DNA from: Candidatus Methylomirabilis oxygeniifera
GTDB lineage: Bacteria > Methylomirabilota > Methylomirabilia > Methylomirabilales > Methylomirabilaceae
Assembly: GCA_000091165.1 (NCBI GenBank)
Contig: FP565575.1
Coordinates: forward strand, 2,010,001-2,042,000
Length of the DNA stretch: 32,000 nt
Direction: 5' to 3'
Part shown: piece after piece, positions 9,317 through 18,864 of the stretch
Position numbering within the stretch: position 1 is the stretch's first letter
Layout of the letters: each line of letters begins with the position of its first letter
The notes under the pieces: generated by a model
What the model saw: the letters and a program-made list of their open reading frames with translations, nothing else
Databases searched by the model: none
Told to the model about the DNA's origin: nothing
Program-made: the position numbers and the translations under genes

Positions 9317-11555
9317 CGTCCGCCTGGTACCGTGGTCGGACCGCCTGCTCTCATGGACGCTGACACTCCTTCTCCTGTTTACACCACTCGCCTTTGGTAC
9401 CGTTGAGGTCTGGTCGATCGCGGTAGCCGAACTGCTGGTCCTCTTCATGGGAGCCATCTGGTTTGCCCAGATGATCCGGGACGGACGAATCCAGATCGAC
9501 CGGACACCGTTTACCGTCCTGATCCTCTCCTTCCTGGCGCTGATGCTCTTTCAGATGCTTCCGCTGCCCATGAACACGATCAAGCTGCTTTCACCTGCGG
9601 CGTACTCAGTCTACAGCGCTGCGGCGTCGGCCCTCAACCTCCAGGCAGAGTGGCGAACTGTCTCGCTCGATCCTATTGCCACCCGCGAGGAGCTGCTGAG
9701 GATTCTGACCTATGCCGTGCTGTTCTGGATCTTGCTCAACCGCTTTCGAGAGCGGGAGCAGGTCGAGAGGGTGATCGTCACCATCATCGGCGTCGGATTT
9801 TTCCTGGCGGTATTCGCGATCATTCACAAGTATTCGTCTAACGGCAAACTCTACTGGATCCGCGAAACTGCACAAGGCGGTGAACCGTTCGGTCCCTATG
9901 TCAACCGCAATCACTTCGCCGGCTATATGGAGATCGCCCTCCCATTGACCATCGGCTACATTCTGGCTCAGTCGCCGTTGCGCGCCGCTCGACTTGCCAT
10001 GAGGGAACGTCTTCTCTTGTGGACATCCCAATCTACCAGCAAGTCGATACTCCTGCTGTTCGCCGCAATCTTTATGGGCGCGGCGCTGATCCTAACCGGT
10101 TCGCGCGGCGGTCTCGTCAGTTTCGCAGGCTCTATGGTTTTTTTCGTCATGATGGCGATCATGAAACGGACCGCGCGTTCGCAGGCGGTACGATTGGCGT
10201 TAGCTTGCTGCGGCCTCACCCTGATCGCCGCGATCTGGATCGGTGGAAACAGCGCATTCCTGTCGCTGGAGCGGCTCGAGAAGACGCTCCAGGAGCCGTC
10301 CACAGAAGAACGAGCCGTCCTCTGGCGGGATACCTGGCGCATGGCGAGCGATTACGCGCGTCTTGGCTCAGGGTTCAACACCTTCGAGGGGGTGTTCCCG
10401 GCATACAAGACATCTACCGCCCAGATGATCTTTCAGTATGCCCACAACGACTACCTGCAACTATTGGCTGAGGGCGGCATCGTGGCCTTCGGTCTTGTGA
10501 TGTGGCTCATCGTCGTGTGGTATCGTAAGGTGACCGCCAGGTGGTTCACGCGGCACGATCCGTTTGCAGCGTACCTGACGTTAGCCGGGATGACCGCAGT
10601 GTGTGCCATGCTCATTCACAGCCTAACCGATTTCAACCTGCACATCCCGGCGAATGCCATCGCTATGGTCACCGTGCTGTCCATCACCCTCAACACAGCG
10701 CTTGTCGCCGCGTCAGGACAAAGCGTTACGCATCAGTCGGCGCACGACTCCGACAGTCCCATCCACCACCCCCTTTTCCCTTCTGCCGGGCGCTCTCCAG
10801 GCGCAGCGGATGTTCGGGGGGAGAATGGAACGAAGGATCATGCCAATAATGGAAGTCACGCCTATCTACATGCAGATACGCACGGACAGGCAGACGTTCA
10901 TGAGCGTATCGATAAGACGGAAAGCGGCGGTATGCGTGAGGACAGAATCAACGGAATCATCGCCAGGCTGGCCCAGCCTGAGCCGCTTCCTGATCTTTCC
11001 GCCTTGTGTCCCGACCGACGGGAGCTGATCGGCATCCTCCTGGAGATTCGGAGGGGCTTGCGGTCCTCGTATTACGTCGAACTCCGTGCGACGGCTGAGC
11101 GCCAACATCTCGATGTTCGTCACCTAGTTCAGAAGGCTGAGACACTGCTCGTGTCGATACACCTCGCGTCACGGACGGACTATTACGCGATTCTTGAGGT
11201 GGACCAGAACGCCTCCGCCGAGACGGTTCATGAGAAATGGCTCGAAAAGATGCGGGTGTATCACCCCGATAATTATGAGGACCCGACGGGATGGATTGCC
11301 GAGCAGAGCTGGCGTCTTAATGAAGCGTATGCAGTCCTTAAGGATCCGGAGAAGCGACGAGAGTATGACACCAGACGAAAAGCGCGGATGAAAGGCGGAC
11401 TTAGGGCAGCGGGGGCTACAGATCTCATCGCTCCCGATCACCGTCTCGATGCTGTCTCGGCGGTACACCTTCGCCAGAAATTGATACCGGCTATAATCAT
11501 CGCAGCGATTGCCATCGCGAGCCTCATCGTCACGTTGCTGCTCTGGTCGTTATGA
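9300..11555 (+). CDS. O-antigen ligase/polymerase-like membrane protein fused in frame to a J-domain with C-terminal TM
   Basis: N-terminal multi-TM with 'GPYVNRNHFAGYMEIALPLTIGY' and 'GSRGGLVSF' (Wzy_C-type); C-terminal 'DYYAILEVDQNASAETVHEKWLEKMRVYHPDNYED..LNEAYAVLKDPEKRREYD'. ORF track shows one uninterrupted frame. Separate translation start for the J-part at 10932 cannot be excluded. Confidence 0.8.
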   Translation: MYQQGNVRLVPWSDRLLSWTLTLLLLFTPLAFGTVEVWSIAVAELLVLFMGAIWFAQMIRDGRIQIDRTPFTVLILSFLALMLFQMLPLPMNTIKLLSPAAYSVYSAAASALNLQAEWRTVSLDPIATREELLRILTYAVLFWILLNRFREREQVERVIVTIIGVGFFLAVFAIIHKYSSNGKLYWIRETAQGGEPFGPYVNRNHFAGYMEIALPLTIGYILAQSPLRAARLAMRERLLLWTSQSTSKSILLLFAAIFMGAALILTGSRGGLVSFAGSMVFFVMMAIMKRTARSQAVRLALACCGLTLIAAIWIGGNSAFLSLERLEKTLQEPSTEERAVLWRDTWRMASDYARLGSGFNTFEGVFPAYKTSTAQMIFQYAHNDYLQLLAEGGIVAFGLVMWLIVVWYRKVTARWFTRHDPFAAYLTLAGMTAVCAMLIHSLTDFNLHIPANAIAMVTVLSITLNTALVAASGQSVTHQSAHDSDSPIHHPLFPSAGRSPGAADVRGENGTKDHANNGSHAYLHADTHGQADVHERIDKTESGGMREDRINGIIARLAQPEPLPDLSALCPDRRELIGILLEIRRGLRSSYYVELRATAERQHLDVRHLVQKAETLLVSIHLASRTDYYAILEVDQNASAETVHEKWLEKMRVYHPDNYEDPTGWIAEQSWRLNEAYAVLKDPEKRREYDTRRKARMKGGLRAAGATDLIAPDHRLDAVSAVHLRQKLIPAIIIAAIAIASLIVTLLLWSL

Positions 11556-12097
11556 TTCGTTGGGCTATCTGCCGAAACCAACCAGTAAAGCCTTACCACG
11601 GCCGGTTGGCCCTCATGGCGCCACAGAGGACTCCCACTTTGTAAGGCAGTCAAGGTGTAAGCGACAGGACGGAGTCACCGTGGGAAGTACGACGACTAGG
11701 ATATGCTGACCCGCGTGTTCTGTAGGCGATCGAGCCGGCGAAGGAGCGCTGGGCCGATTATCGCCGCGGATCATGCTATCCTGCGCGATCTGGTCAACGC
11801 CACTGTCGGGTCTGAAGAATTGGCCGCCGAGCTGTATCCCCACACGGTCTGCGACGCATGGCTAGGGTATGGGCTGCGCATGATACGCAAGCGATGGTCG
11901 GGCCAGTAGCGTACCATACCGCGCGGGTTTGGCGCCTGGACCCACTGCGCGACCCAATATCAGGTTATGCGGCAAGGCGGAACTTGACAGAGGGGGCTCA
12001 GCGATGGATAGTGAGCCAGAATTTGCGGTTTTCGGTAAGCAGGTGTGGACGTGCTATCTGGCTGTCCATATACCTGTTAGTTGGAGAGTAGTCACCA

Positions 12098-12802
12098 ATG
12101 GAAGCAACAACTTTTTTGAACGCTGCTGATATGGCGCAGACACGTACTCCCATGGAGTTCGTGGCCTACGTGGAGCAAAAGAGCGATGAACTGAGCTCGA
12201 CTGTGGAGGCAAAAGCTTTTGCGAGATCTGGAGCCCCGCTCGCAAAGAAATTCTTCGATGAGCTGTGGCCGCTTGCCCGGTTCGTCGACCGCGAATACAG
12301 CGGGCGTAATGACGTTTTTATTCGACCACATCTCGGCAATGAGAACTTCGACGCCCACGTAACAGTGGGGAACGACCGTATCCGACAGGATATTGTTCTT
12401 GAAGTCACCTACGCAAAAGATGGTTACGACTTATCGCTTCGAATGGAAGTGGGGGCGAGTGAAAGACTCGTATTTCTATCTGGCCCTGTGACGGTTTCTG
12501 GACGCAAGGGTTCGCCTAACCGCCGTGTCAAGGTCATGCCGCTTTGTGAAGATGTTGATGATCGTGTCAAAAAGTATTTCCCCCTTGTTGAAGAGAGGCT
12601 TCGAGCCAAGTCGGGGAAACAATATGGAAACAAACATATACTTGTTGTAGCCGTAGACGACTATCTTGCGCTAGCCCAAGACTCGTATTGGCCGCACTTC
12701 AGAGTATTTGTGACTGAACTGCTACCGAAGCTTGCACTAGACTTCCCGCGCATAGTATTCGTTGGCATAGCGGGAAGGTTTTTCCTTTCTGTGAATCGCT
12801 AA
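12098..12802 (+). CDS. hypothetical protein (no family recognised)
   Basis: 234-aa ORF with coherent composition and a start near a GGAG; apparently lower GC than its surroundings. Confidence 0.55.
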   Translation: MEATTFLNAADMAQTRTPMEFVAYVEQKSDELSSTVEAKAFARSGAPLAKKFFDELWPLARFVDREYSGRNDVFIRPHLGNENFDAHVTVGNDRIRQDIVLEVTYAKDGYDLSLRMEVGASERLVFLSGPVTVSGRKGSPNRRVKVMPLCEDVDDRVKKYFPLVEERLRAKSGKQYGNKHILVVAVDDYLALAQDSYWPHFRVFVTELLPKLALDFPRIVFVGIAGRFFLSVNR

Positions 12803-12813
12803 ACTGGAGATCG

Positions 12814-13077
12814 GTGAAGACGGTGACCGGCCGGCATCAACCGAGCTACTTCTCGCGAGTGTTGGTTCGTGAGCGGTTCACGCACACGGCGTTATTCGGC
12901 TACTATCTGGCCGACCTCTTCGAGGTGCTCGTCTCTCGGAAGTTGCTCATCAAATGGATGGGCGGAGTCCGGCCGGCGCACAGGGCATCCTGCTCACGTG
13001 GCTGGCGGGCCTGCTGATGCCTAGCGGGCCGTATGTCATCTTCCCTGTGGGGACGCCTCGCTCTTCGAAGAAAGGAT
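12814..13077 (+). pseudogene. degraded permease-like fragment (ArsP/DUF318-like)
   Basis: 'FGYYLADLFEVLVSRKLLIKWMGG' in one frame, continuing as 'AQGILLTWLAGLLMPSGPYVIFPV' only after a frameshift near 12975. Confidence 0.45.
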
Positions 13078-13099
13078 AGGGGCAGCCATGAACATCTGT

Positions 13100-13362
13100 T
13101 GAGGCGTCTGAGTGCGGGATCCGCCTACTTTGGTGAAGGTGGGATGAACAGAACCGTATACCCCTCTGGGATCGGCGACTACATCATCGTTCACGAACTC
13201 CTGCATTTCTCCGTCCCGAATCATGGCAAGCTTTGGAGAAGCCTCATGCGGGCGCATCTGGGGAACTACGAGAAGCAGGAAGAAGCATTAAGCAAGGTAG
13301 CGCATAACGTGCGCTTGGAGCGAACCGTATTGATAAGAAAGATTTGCAGAAATGATACTTAA
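13100..13362 (+). pseudogene. truncated YgjP/DUF45-like metallopeptidase fragment
   Basis: 'GDYIIVHELLHFSVPNHGKLWRSLMRAHLGNYEKQEEAL' resembles the C-terminal HExxH-type core of the family; N-terminal half absent. Confidence 0.5.
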
Positions 13363-14222
13363 CGCGCCCCTGCCTGCCCTGTGAGCAGGGCTGTATAGCC
13401 CTCGCGGAAGGTCGGATAGTGGAAGGTGTAGCCGGAGGTGACGAGCTTGGCGTTGCGACAACGCTTGTTGGCGGGATGCCGGGCCGTACGAGTCTTCGAA
13501 GATTCACCAGGCCGAGTCGGCGACACGCCCAACGCGTCAGCCAGCCAATCAAGGAGAACGGCCAGAGTGGTCGGCTCATGATCGACTCCAACGTAGACGG
13601 GGTCCGGGCGCGGGAGCGTCATCAGATGGCGCAGGGCCCCCGCGGCATCATCCCGGTGAATACGGTTGAAATAGACGGGCGACTCATTATCCCATGCGAT
13701 CTCACCTCGACGCACCTGTTCGATCAGCGAGGCGCGACCTGGACCGTAGAGACCGCCCAAGCGTAATACGGTAGCGGGAAATGGACCATCCAGCAGCAGC
13801 CGCTCGCCTTCGAGGAGACGAATTCCACCAAACTCCCTGGGTTCGGTAGGGGAAGTCTCATCCACCCAGGCGCCGGACGACTCCCCATATACCCCCGTAC
13901 TCGATGTCAGGAAGACGCGCCGGGGATGCGCCTGCTGCACCGTGAGTGCGTGAAGCAGGTTGTTGAGCCCGTCCACATAGACGGACCGATAGGCCGTATC
14001 GTCATGGGTATCTGGGGCGGCCGAGTAGACCACCCAATCTATCGCCGGCGGCAGTGTCTGAAGTGTATCGGGTGAGGTCAGGTCGGCTGCCCATGGGCGA
14101 ATCTCAGACGGCAGCGTCGCGGGGTCGCGACGCAGCCCCCAAACGGTCTGCCCCTCAGCCGCAAGCAAAGAGCCCAGTGCCGTTCCAATATACCCGCAGC
14201 CGGCTATAAGAATATTCGCCAT
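13359..14222 (-). CDS. NAD-dependent epimerase/dehydratase (extended SDR, YeeZ-like)
   Basis: MANILIAGCGYIGTALGSLLAAEGQTVWGLRR; SSTGVYGE; VLRLGGLYGPGR. Confidence 0.85.
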   Translation of the reverse strand: MANILIAGCGYIGTALGSLLAAEGQTVWGLRRDPATLPSEIRPWAADLTSPDTLQTLPPAIDWVVYSAAPDTHDDTAYRSVYVDGLNNLLHALTVQQAHPRRVFLTSSTGVYGESSGAWVDETSPTEPREFGGIRLLEGERLLLDGPFPATVLRLGGLYGPGRASLIEQVRRGEIAWDNESPVYFNRIHRDDAAGALRHLMTLPRPDPVYVGVDHEPTTLAVLLDWLADALGVSPTRPGESSKTRTARHPANKRCRNAKLVTSGYTFHYPTFREGYTALLTGQAGAR

Positions 14223-14318
14223 GTTCAGAAAATCAACCTATCGGCTTTCAGCGTTTAGCTGTCAGCTTATTAACTATCTCAAAATAATAGTTTCAAATTA
14301 TCGAACAAACCCTCCTCA

Positions 14319-14339
14319 CCTCCCTTTGCCAAAGGGAGG
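14319..14339. repeat. palindrome CCTCCCTTT-GCC-AAAGGGAGG
   Basis: perfect 9-bp arms, followed by a second weaker inverted repeat CCCCTC...GAGGGG (14345-14365). Confidence 0.7.
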
Positions 14340-14448
14340 GTTAACCCCTCCTTGGAAAAGAGGGGCGAGGGGAGATTTTCTCAATCGATGTTCATTCAAT
14401 TATGAGACCATTAATAGGATGATCACGCTGAATGCTGAAAACTGAGCG

Positions 14449-15357
14449 CTAGGACCCCAAAAGGTGCCGAAGCGCGCCTTCGAGATCAGGGCAGCGAAAC
14501 TCATATCCTGTGGTCAGCAGCCGAGTGGGCTGGACGCGCTGACTGGCCAACAGGACTTCGTCGGCCATCTCACCAAACGCCAGATGTGCGGCGGCGGCAG
14601 GCACCGGAAACAGAGTGAACCGGCCGAGAACCCGTCCCAATGCCCGCGTGAATTCCCGGTTGGTGACCGGATTCGGCGTGACCGTATTCACCGGACCCTG
14701 GAGCGCCTCAATCGTCAGTACGTGCGCAATGACACCTAGGAGGTCGTCCAAGGCGATCCAACTTATATATTGGTTCCCCGTCCCCAGTACCCCGCCGAGG
14801 CCCATCCTGAATGGCGGAAGCAGTTTCGCCAATGCCCCACCTGCTTCACTGGCCACCATCCCGAATCGGAGGTGAACGACGCGGATCCCTTTTTGGACAG
14901 CAGGCTCGGCCGCTGCCTCCCATTCGCGACAGACTCCAGCGAGGAAACCCGTTCCTGGGGTGCTTTCCTCCGTAAGGAGTTCATCGCCACGATCGCCGTA
15001 GTAGCCGGTAGCGGAGGCGCACACCAACACCTTTGGCGGTTGCTTCAGTCCTGCCAGCGCGTCGCAGAGCAACCTGGTGCCGTCTACCCGGCTGCTACGA
15101 ATCATCGCTTTCTTCTCAGCCGTCCACCTTCCGGTCGCGATGTTTTCTCCCGCAAGGTGGACGACCCCATCCAGGCCCTCCAGTCGAGCGACATCGATAA
15201 GTCCTGTCTCCGGGCTCCACTGGATCTCGTCTTTCCCTTGCCGCGGCGAGGTCCGCACCAGGCACGCGACACGATACCCGCCGGCTGCCAGGAACGGAAC
15301 GAGTGCCGACCCCACGAACCCGGTCGACCCTGTGACAAGGATGCGCAACGGTGTCAT
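14449..15357 (-). CDS. TIGR01777-type NAD-dependent epimerase (YfcH-like)
   Basis: MTPLRILVTGSTGFVGSALVPFLAAGGYRVACLVR; VHLAGENIATGRWTAEKKAMIRSSRVDGTRLL; ATGYYG. Confidence 0.9.
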   Translation of the reverse strand: MTPLRILVTGSTGFVGSALVPFLAAGGYRVACLVRTSPRQGKDEIQWSPETGLIDVARLEGLDGVVHLAGENIATGRWTAEKKAMIRSSRVDGTRLLCDALAGLKQPPKVLVCASATGYYGDRGDELLTEESTPGTGFLAGVCREWEAAAEPAVQKGIRVVHLRFGMVASEAGGALAKLLPPFRMGLGGVLGTGNQYISWIALDDLLGVIAHVLTIEALQGPVNTVTPNPVTNREFTRALGRVLGRFTLFPVPAAAAHLAFGEMADEVLLASQRVQPTRLLTTGYEFRCPDLEGALRHLLGS

Positions 15358-15445
15358 AAGATATGCTGTGAGCTTTCAGCGATCAGCGGCCAGCAAGTAA
15401 CCGCTTATGACCGACTGCTGATAGCTAATCACTGCCTGCTATTGG

Positions 15446-16054
15446 TTAGGCCCCCGTGACGGGATCCCTGAGACTGAGCAAGAAGCCCATCGCAAAATAC
15501 TGCGCAACCCAGCCGATCACGCAGGCTCCCACCGCCCTCATCGTTGTCGTATAGCCGAGCGTCCTGCGCACGGCAACAACCATCGCTCCGAGCATCCAGA
15601 CCGATGCCAATCCGACGACAAAACCGCCAAGGCTGGGGATGACGCGTACCTCATAGGTTCCAAGATAGAAGGCACGATCCTGAAGTCCAAAAGCAATACC
15701 ACCGAGCCATGGGATAACACCCAACAGCCTGATGATTCCCGGGGCGCTGGCAAAACTGATCAGCCGCACTACCCCGCCCACGTCGGTTCTGGTCTGCGGC
15801 TCCTGGAGCAATCGCGTGCCCACCACGCAGGTAAACAACGCCCAGATATACCACTCCAGCATCGCCTGTAATGTTTTGAGAAAGAAGTCTCCGATCCCGG
15901 TCTGAAGGATGACACCGATCCCGGCCGCGATAGCCGACAGGATCACTACGAGCGCGGCTTGCATCGGCGCTCGCCGATCGCCCTGAATCTCCTCATAGAG
16001 ACTTTCATCCAGTCTGGCAGCCCGAATCATCCGCTCACCCAGCCCCTTAATCAC
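15446..16054 (-). CDS. Yip1-family membrane protein
   Basis: multi-TM ~200 aa with 'RLISFASAPGIIRLLGVIPWLGGI' and 'GVVRL' pattern. Confidence 0.65.
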   Translation of the reverse strand: MIKGLGERMIRAARLDESLYEEIQGDRRAPMQAALVVILSAIAAGIGVILQTGIGDFFLKTLQAMLEWYIWALFTCVVGTRLLQEPQTRTDVGGVVRLISFASAPGIIRLLGVIPWLGGIAFGLQDRAFYLGTYEVRVIPSLGGFVVGLASVWMLGAMVVAVRRTLGYTTTMRAVGACVIGWVAQYFAMGFLLSLRDPVTGA

Positions 16055-16080
16055 CGTTCCTCCTTCGCACCGTTACACGT

Positions 16081-16190
16081 TTTTAGAAAATAGCGTTCAG
16101 CAATCAGCGCTCAGCCGTCAGCCCCGGATAAGGTAGAAGATGTCTCAGAAACAGCTGACCGCTGAACGCTGACTGCTGACCGCTTTTACC
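16081..16190. repeat. degenerate 7-nt-period TCAGCNN repeats in inverted arrangement
   Basis: GCGTTCAGCAATCAGCGCTCAGCCGTCAGC ... CAGCTGACCGCTGAACGCTGACTGCTGACCGC. Confidence 0.75.
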
Positions 16191-16294
16191 ATCAAAGCTA
16201 TGGTATCTGACTCTGGGTGTCAACTGTTTTCAGGAGGCAGGGAGGCGTTCGCGGGTGGGCTACAGTGAGGAACAAAAGGGTGCAGCTTCAGGAT

Positions 16295-18859
16295 CTACGA
16301 TCCTTCAGGGGAGGTCGGGCCTTTCAGCAGGGAGACCTTTCCACTGCTACCATCTATCCTGACTTGGCCCTTATCCGGGAGCAGCAACGAGGCATGTTCC
16401 AATATGACAGCAGGGATTCCACTTTCACGGGCCAGACACGCGCCGTGGGCAAGGATGCCGCCGGTCTCCATTACCAGTCCGGCCGCCCCCTTGATGTGAA
16501 GATACATGCCGAGACTCACTGCCGGAACGACGATGACGTCATGGGCCTGGAGGCTATTCCCGTTGCTCAGTGAGTCGAGCGTATCGGGGTCGATAATTCG
16601 AACTCTCCCCACCGCTTCACCGGACGAGACGGGGACGGCTTGAAATTCCTGCGCAGTCTCAAGCCGTGGCGGCCTGCCGATCTCCTCAAGCGAGCTCTCG
16701 AAGATGACCCCGGGCATCCACTTGCGCTTGGAGAACAACAGTGCAATCTCCCGCTCTTCGCGTCTGACCCGCATCTTTTCTCGCGCCGGCGTCAGATCGC
16801 TGAGCAATTCCGACAGCTCACCCGGAAACAGATAGAAGATCTCATCACGCTGAAGCGTAAGCTTTTGGCTCAATACTATCAACGCTCGCCGAATAAGGGC
16901 GTACTCCGCGACCAGGTAATACTTGATCGTCTCGCGGAGCGGCAGATATCGTCTGGCATATGTCAGCTCCGTAAATAGCGTCTGGATATCGAGCTGACTC
17001 GCGCCGAACTGCACCATTCGGCTCCGAACCTCTGCCTCAGCCTGCTCTCGGCATTCTACCTGCTGACGCGATTCGGCAATCGGACGATAAGGCGCAGCCA
17101 TGGCCTTCCTGAGTAACCGTTCGAGGCTCAGGGGGTCGTCAGCCATGCGAGGCATCGCAATCTCCAGTTCGTTCTGGGCAAGATGACCATACGTCGCAAG
17201 AAACTCCTCACGCGATATCTGCTGTTGCGCAAGCCTTGACAGGTCGAATCCTTCCTGACCGATCTTACTTGACTGCAGCCCATGCAGCAGTTGCTCAATC
17301 AGCCCATCGGCCTCGCCACCACACCACACGGGCAATTGCTGCTTCACCCGTTCGGTAAAGAAGAAACCAAGCCTTGCTGCAATCACGAAGTGTACGGCAG
17401 TGTACTGCTTCAGGTGATTCAGGTAGCCCCAGATCTTTACGACGATCTCTGCACATGACAGGCCTGTAAGGGCAACCGATCGCTCCCGAGCCAAGTAGCG
17501 CCGCAGTCCAGGCTCTATCACGTCAGAGAATTGTGTGTAGGACGCCTTCCCCCACCTCATCATCCCGCTTAGGAATTCGAGGAAGCGGTCATGGTACTTC
17601 CGACCCTCATCCGGTCCGAATCTTCTCACAGCCTCATCGAGGGTCAACCCCTGCTGATAGAGCCCGAGCTCCGGATAGTTGGCCAGGCGCGGATCAGCCT
17701 TTACCCGGTCCAGGTACGCCGCGATATCGAGAGGAAAGCCGACCTGGAACGTCTTCGCATCCAGCTCAAGGTTAAAGTAGGGGTGCCCACAGATCAGCTC
17801 GAACAGCCCTTCGGAGGTCTCGTCGCCGAGCGCATACCCAAGCCGTCGGCGGCCAAGCTGGATGCCGCCCTCGTCGCTGAAGATCGATGTGAAGATTCCG
17901 AAGCTCATCGGTGTAGGCGTAGGCAGGATCTCGGCGATATTGCCGTCGCTATAGACCGCCTCGCCGCAGGTGAGCGTCCCTTGTCGCCTTAACTCGGCGA
18001 TCCTGCCGCGCAAACGATCGATCTCTTTCTGCCGGTACTGTGCAGCCTTCTGCTCGTACGAGTCGCCGGCCGCCGAGATGGGCCTGGTCTGCAGGATATG
18101 CATCCGCCGTCCCGCAATGGCAAACTCGATATCCTGGGGGTGGCCGAAGAGCGCCTCCAGCGCGATACCGGCATCAACAAGCTCGCGGAGCTGGGTCGGC
18201 GTAAGCGTTGTGCCCTTTTCGGCGTTTCTCGTCTCCAGTACTCGGCCCTCTCTGCTCACGTGGAATGTGTCGCCCGACACCAGGCCAGACACCAGCGGCT
18301 CGCCAAGACCGAACACTGCATTGACGACGCACTCATCCTGGCTGAAGGTCACCGGGTTCAGGGTGTAGATCACACCCGAGACCTCGGCATCCACCATCTC
18401 CTGGACGATAACAGCCATGCCTCGTCGGCTGCCGTTCTCCTCCAGGCCCACCTGCCGCCTGTACAAGGTAGTGCGTGGCGCCGTCATGGAGCGCACACAC
18501 TCGGCCACAGCGTGGATCAGTTCCACCTCGGAGGCAACATTGACGCACGTCGTGTAGATACCGGCAAAGCTGGCGTGGCGGAGGTCCTCCAGGGTCGCCG
18601 AGCTTCGCACCGCCACCCGCTGAAACCCCCTCGCCCGATAAGCCGTGATAATCGCTGTCTGCAACCGCTCGTCGAGCTCGATCGCCTCACCGGACGATCG
18701 GATCGCTTCTTCGCAGGCGTCGGCAGGGATGACGAACCCTCTCGGCACCGGGAAGCCGGCCCGCATCATCAGACCCAGGTGCAGCGCCTTCCGTCCGACA
18801 CGGGCCAGATCACCCTCCCGGACATCCTGAAGATCGATGATACGGAACTGCTCCGTCAT
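16295..18859 (-). CDS. PEP-synthase/rifampicin-phosphotransferase-like dikinase (ATP-grasp + middle domain + C-terminal phosphohistidine domain)
   Basis: N-terminal 'VGRKALHLGLMMRAGFPVPRGFVIPADACEEAI', 'VAVRSSATLEDLRHASFAGIYTTCVNV'; C-terminal 'METGGILAHGACLARESGIPAV'; 854 aa with no C-terminal PEP/pyruvate-binding barrel. Confidence 0.85.
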   Translation of the reverse strand: MTEQFRIIDLQDVREGDLARVGRKALHLGLMMRAGFPVPRGFVIPADACEEAIRSSGEAIELDERLQTAIITAYRARGFQRVAVRSSATLEDLRHASFAGIYTTCVNVASEVELIHAVAECVRSMTAPRTTLYRRQVGLEENGSRRGMAVIVQEMVDAEVSGVIYTLNPVTFSQDECVVNAVFGLGEPLVSGLVSGDTFHVSREGRVLETRNAEKGTTLTPTQLRELVDAGIALEALFGHPQDIEFAIAGRRMHILQTRPISAAGDSYEQKAAQYRQKEIDRLRGRIAELRRQGTLTCGEAVYSDGNIAEILPTPTPMSFGIFTSIFSDEGGIQLGRRRLGYALGDETSEGLFELICGHPYFNLELDAKTFQVGFPLDIAAYLDRVKADPRLANYPELGLYQQGLTLDEAVRRFGPDEGRKYHDRFLEFLSGMMRWGKASYTQFSDVIEPGLRRYLARERSVALTGLSCAEIVVKIWGYLNHLKQYTAVHFVIAARLGFFFTERVKQQLPVWCGGEADGLIEQLLHGLQSSKIGQEGFDLSRLAQQQISREEFLATYGHLAQNELEIAMPRMADDPLSLERLLRKAMAAPYRPIAESRQQVECREQAEAEVRSRMVQFGASQLDIQTLFTELTYARRYLPLRETIKYYLVAEYALIRRALIVLSQKLTLQRDEIFYLFPGELSELLSDLTPAREKMRVRREEREIALLFSKRKWMPGVIFESSLEEIGRPPRLETAQEFQAVPVSSGEAVGRVRIIDPDTLDSLSNGNSLQAHDVIVVPAVSLGMYLHIKGAAGLVMETGGILAHGACLARESGIPAVILEHASLLLPDKGQVRIDGSSGKVSLLKGPTSPEGS

Positions 18860-18864
18860 GTTTG

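Noticed and set aside
16081-16190. CRISPR array
   Set aside because: The TCAGCNN units are 7 nt apart and degenerate, without 20-40 nt identical repeats or unique spacers, and no cas genes are nearby.
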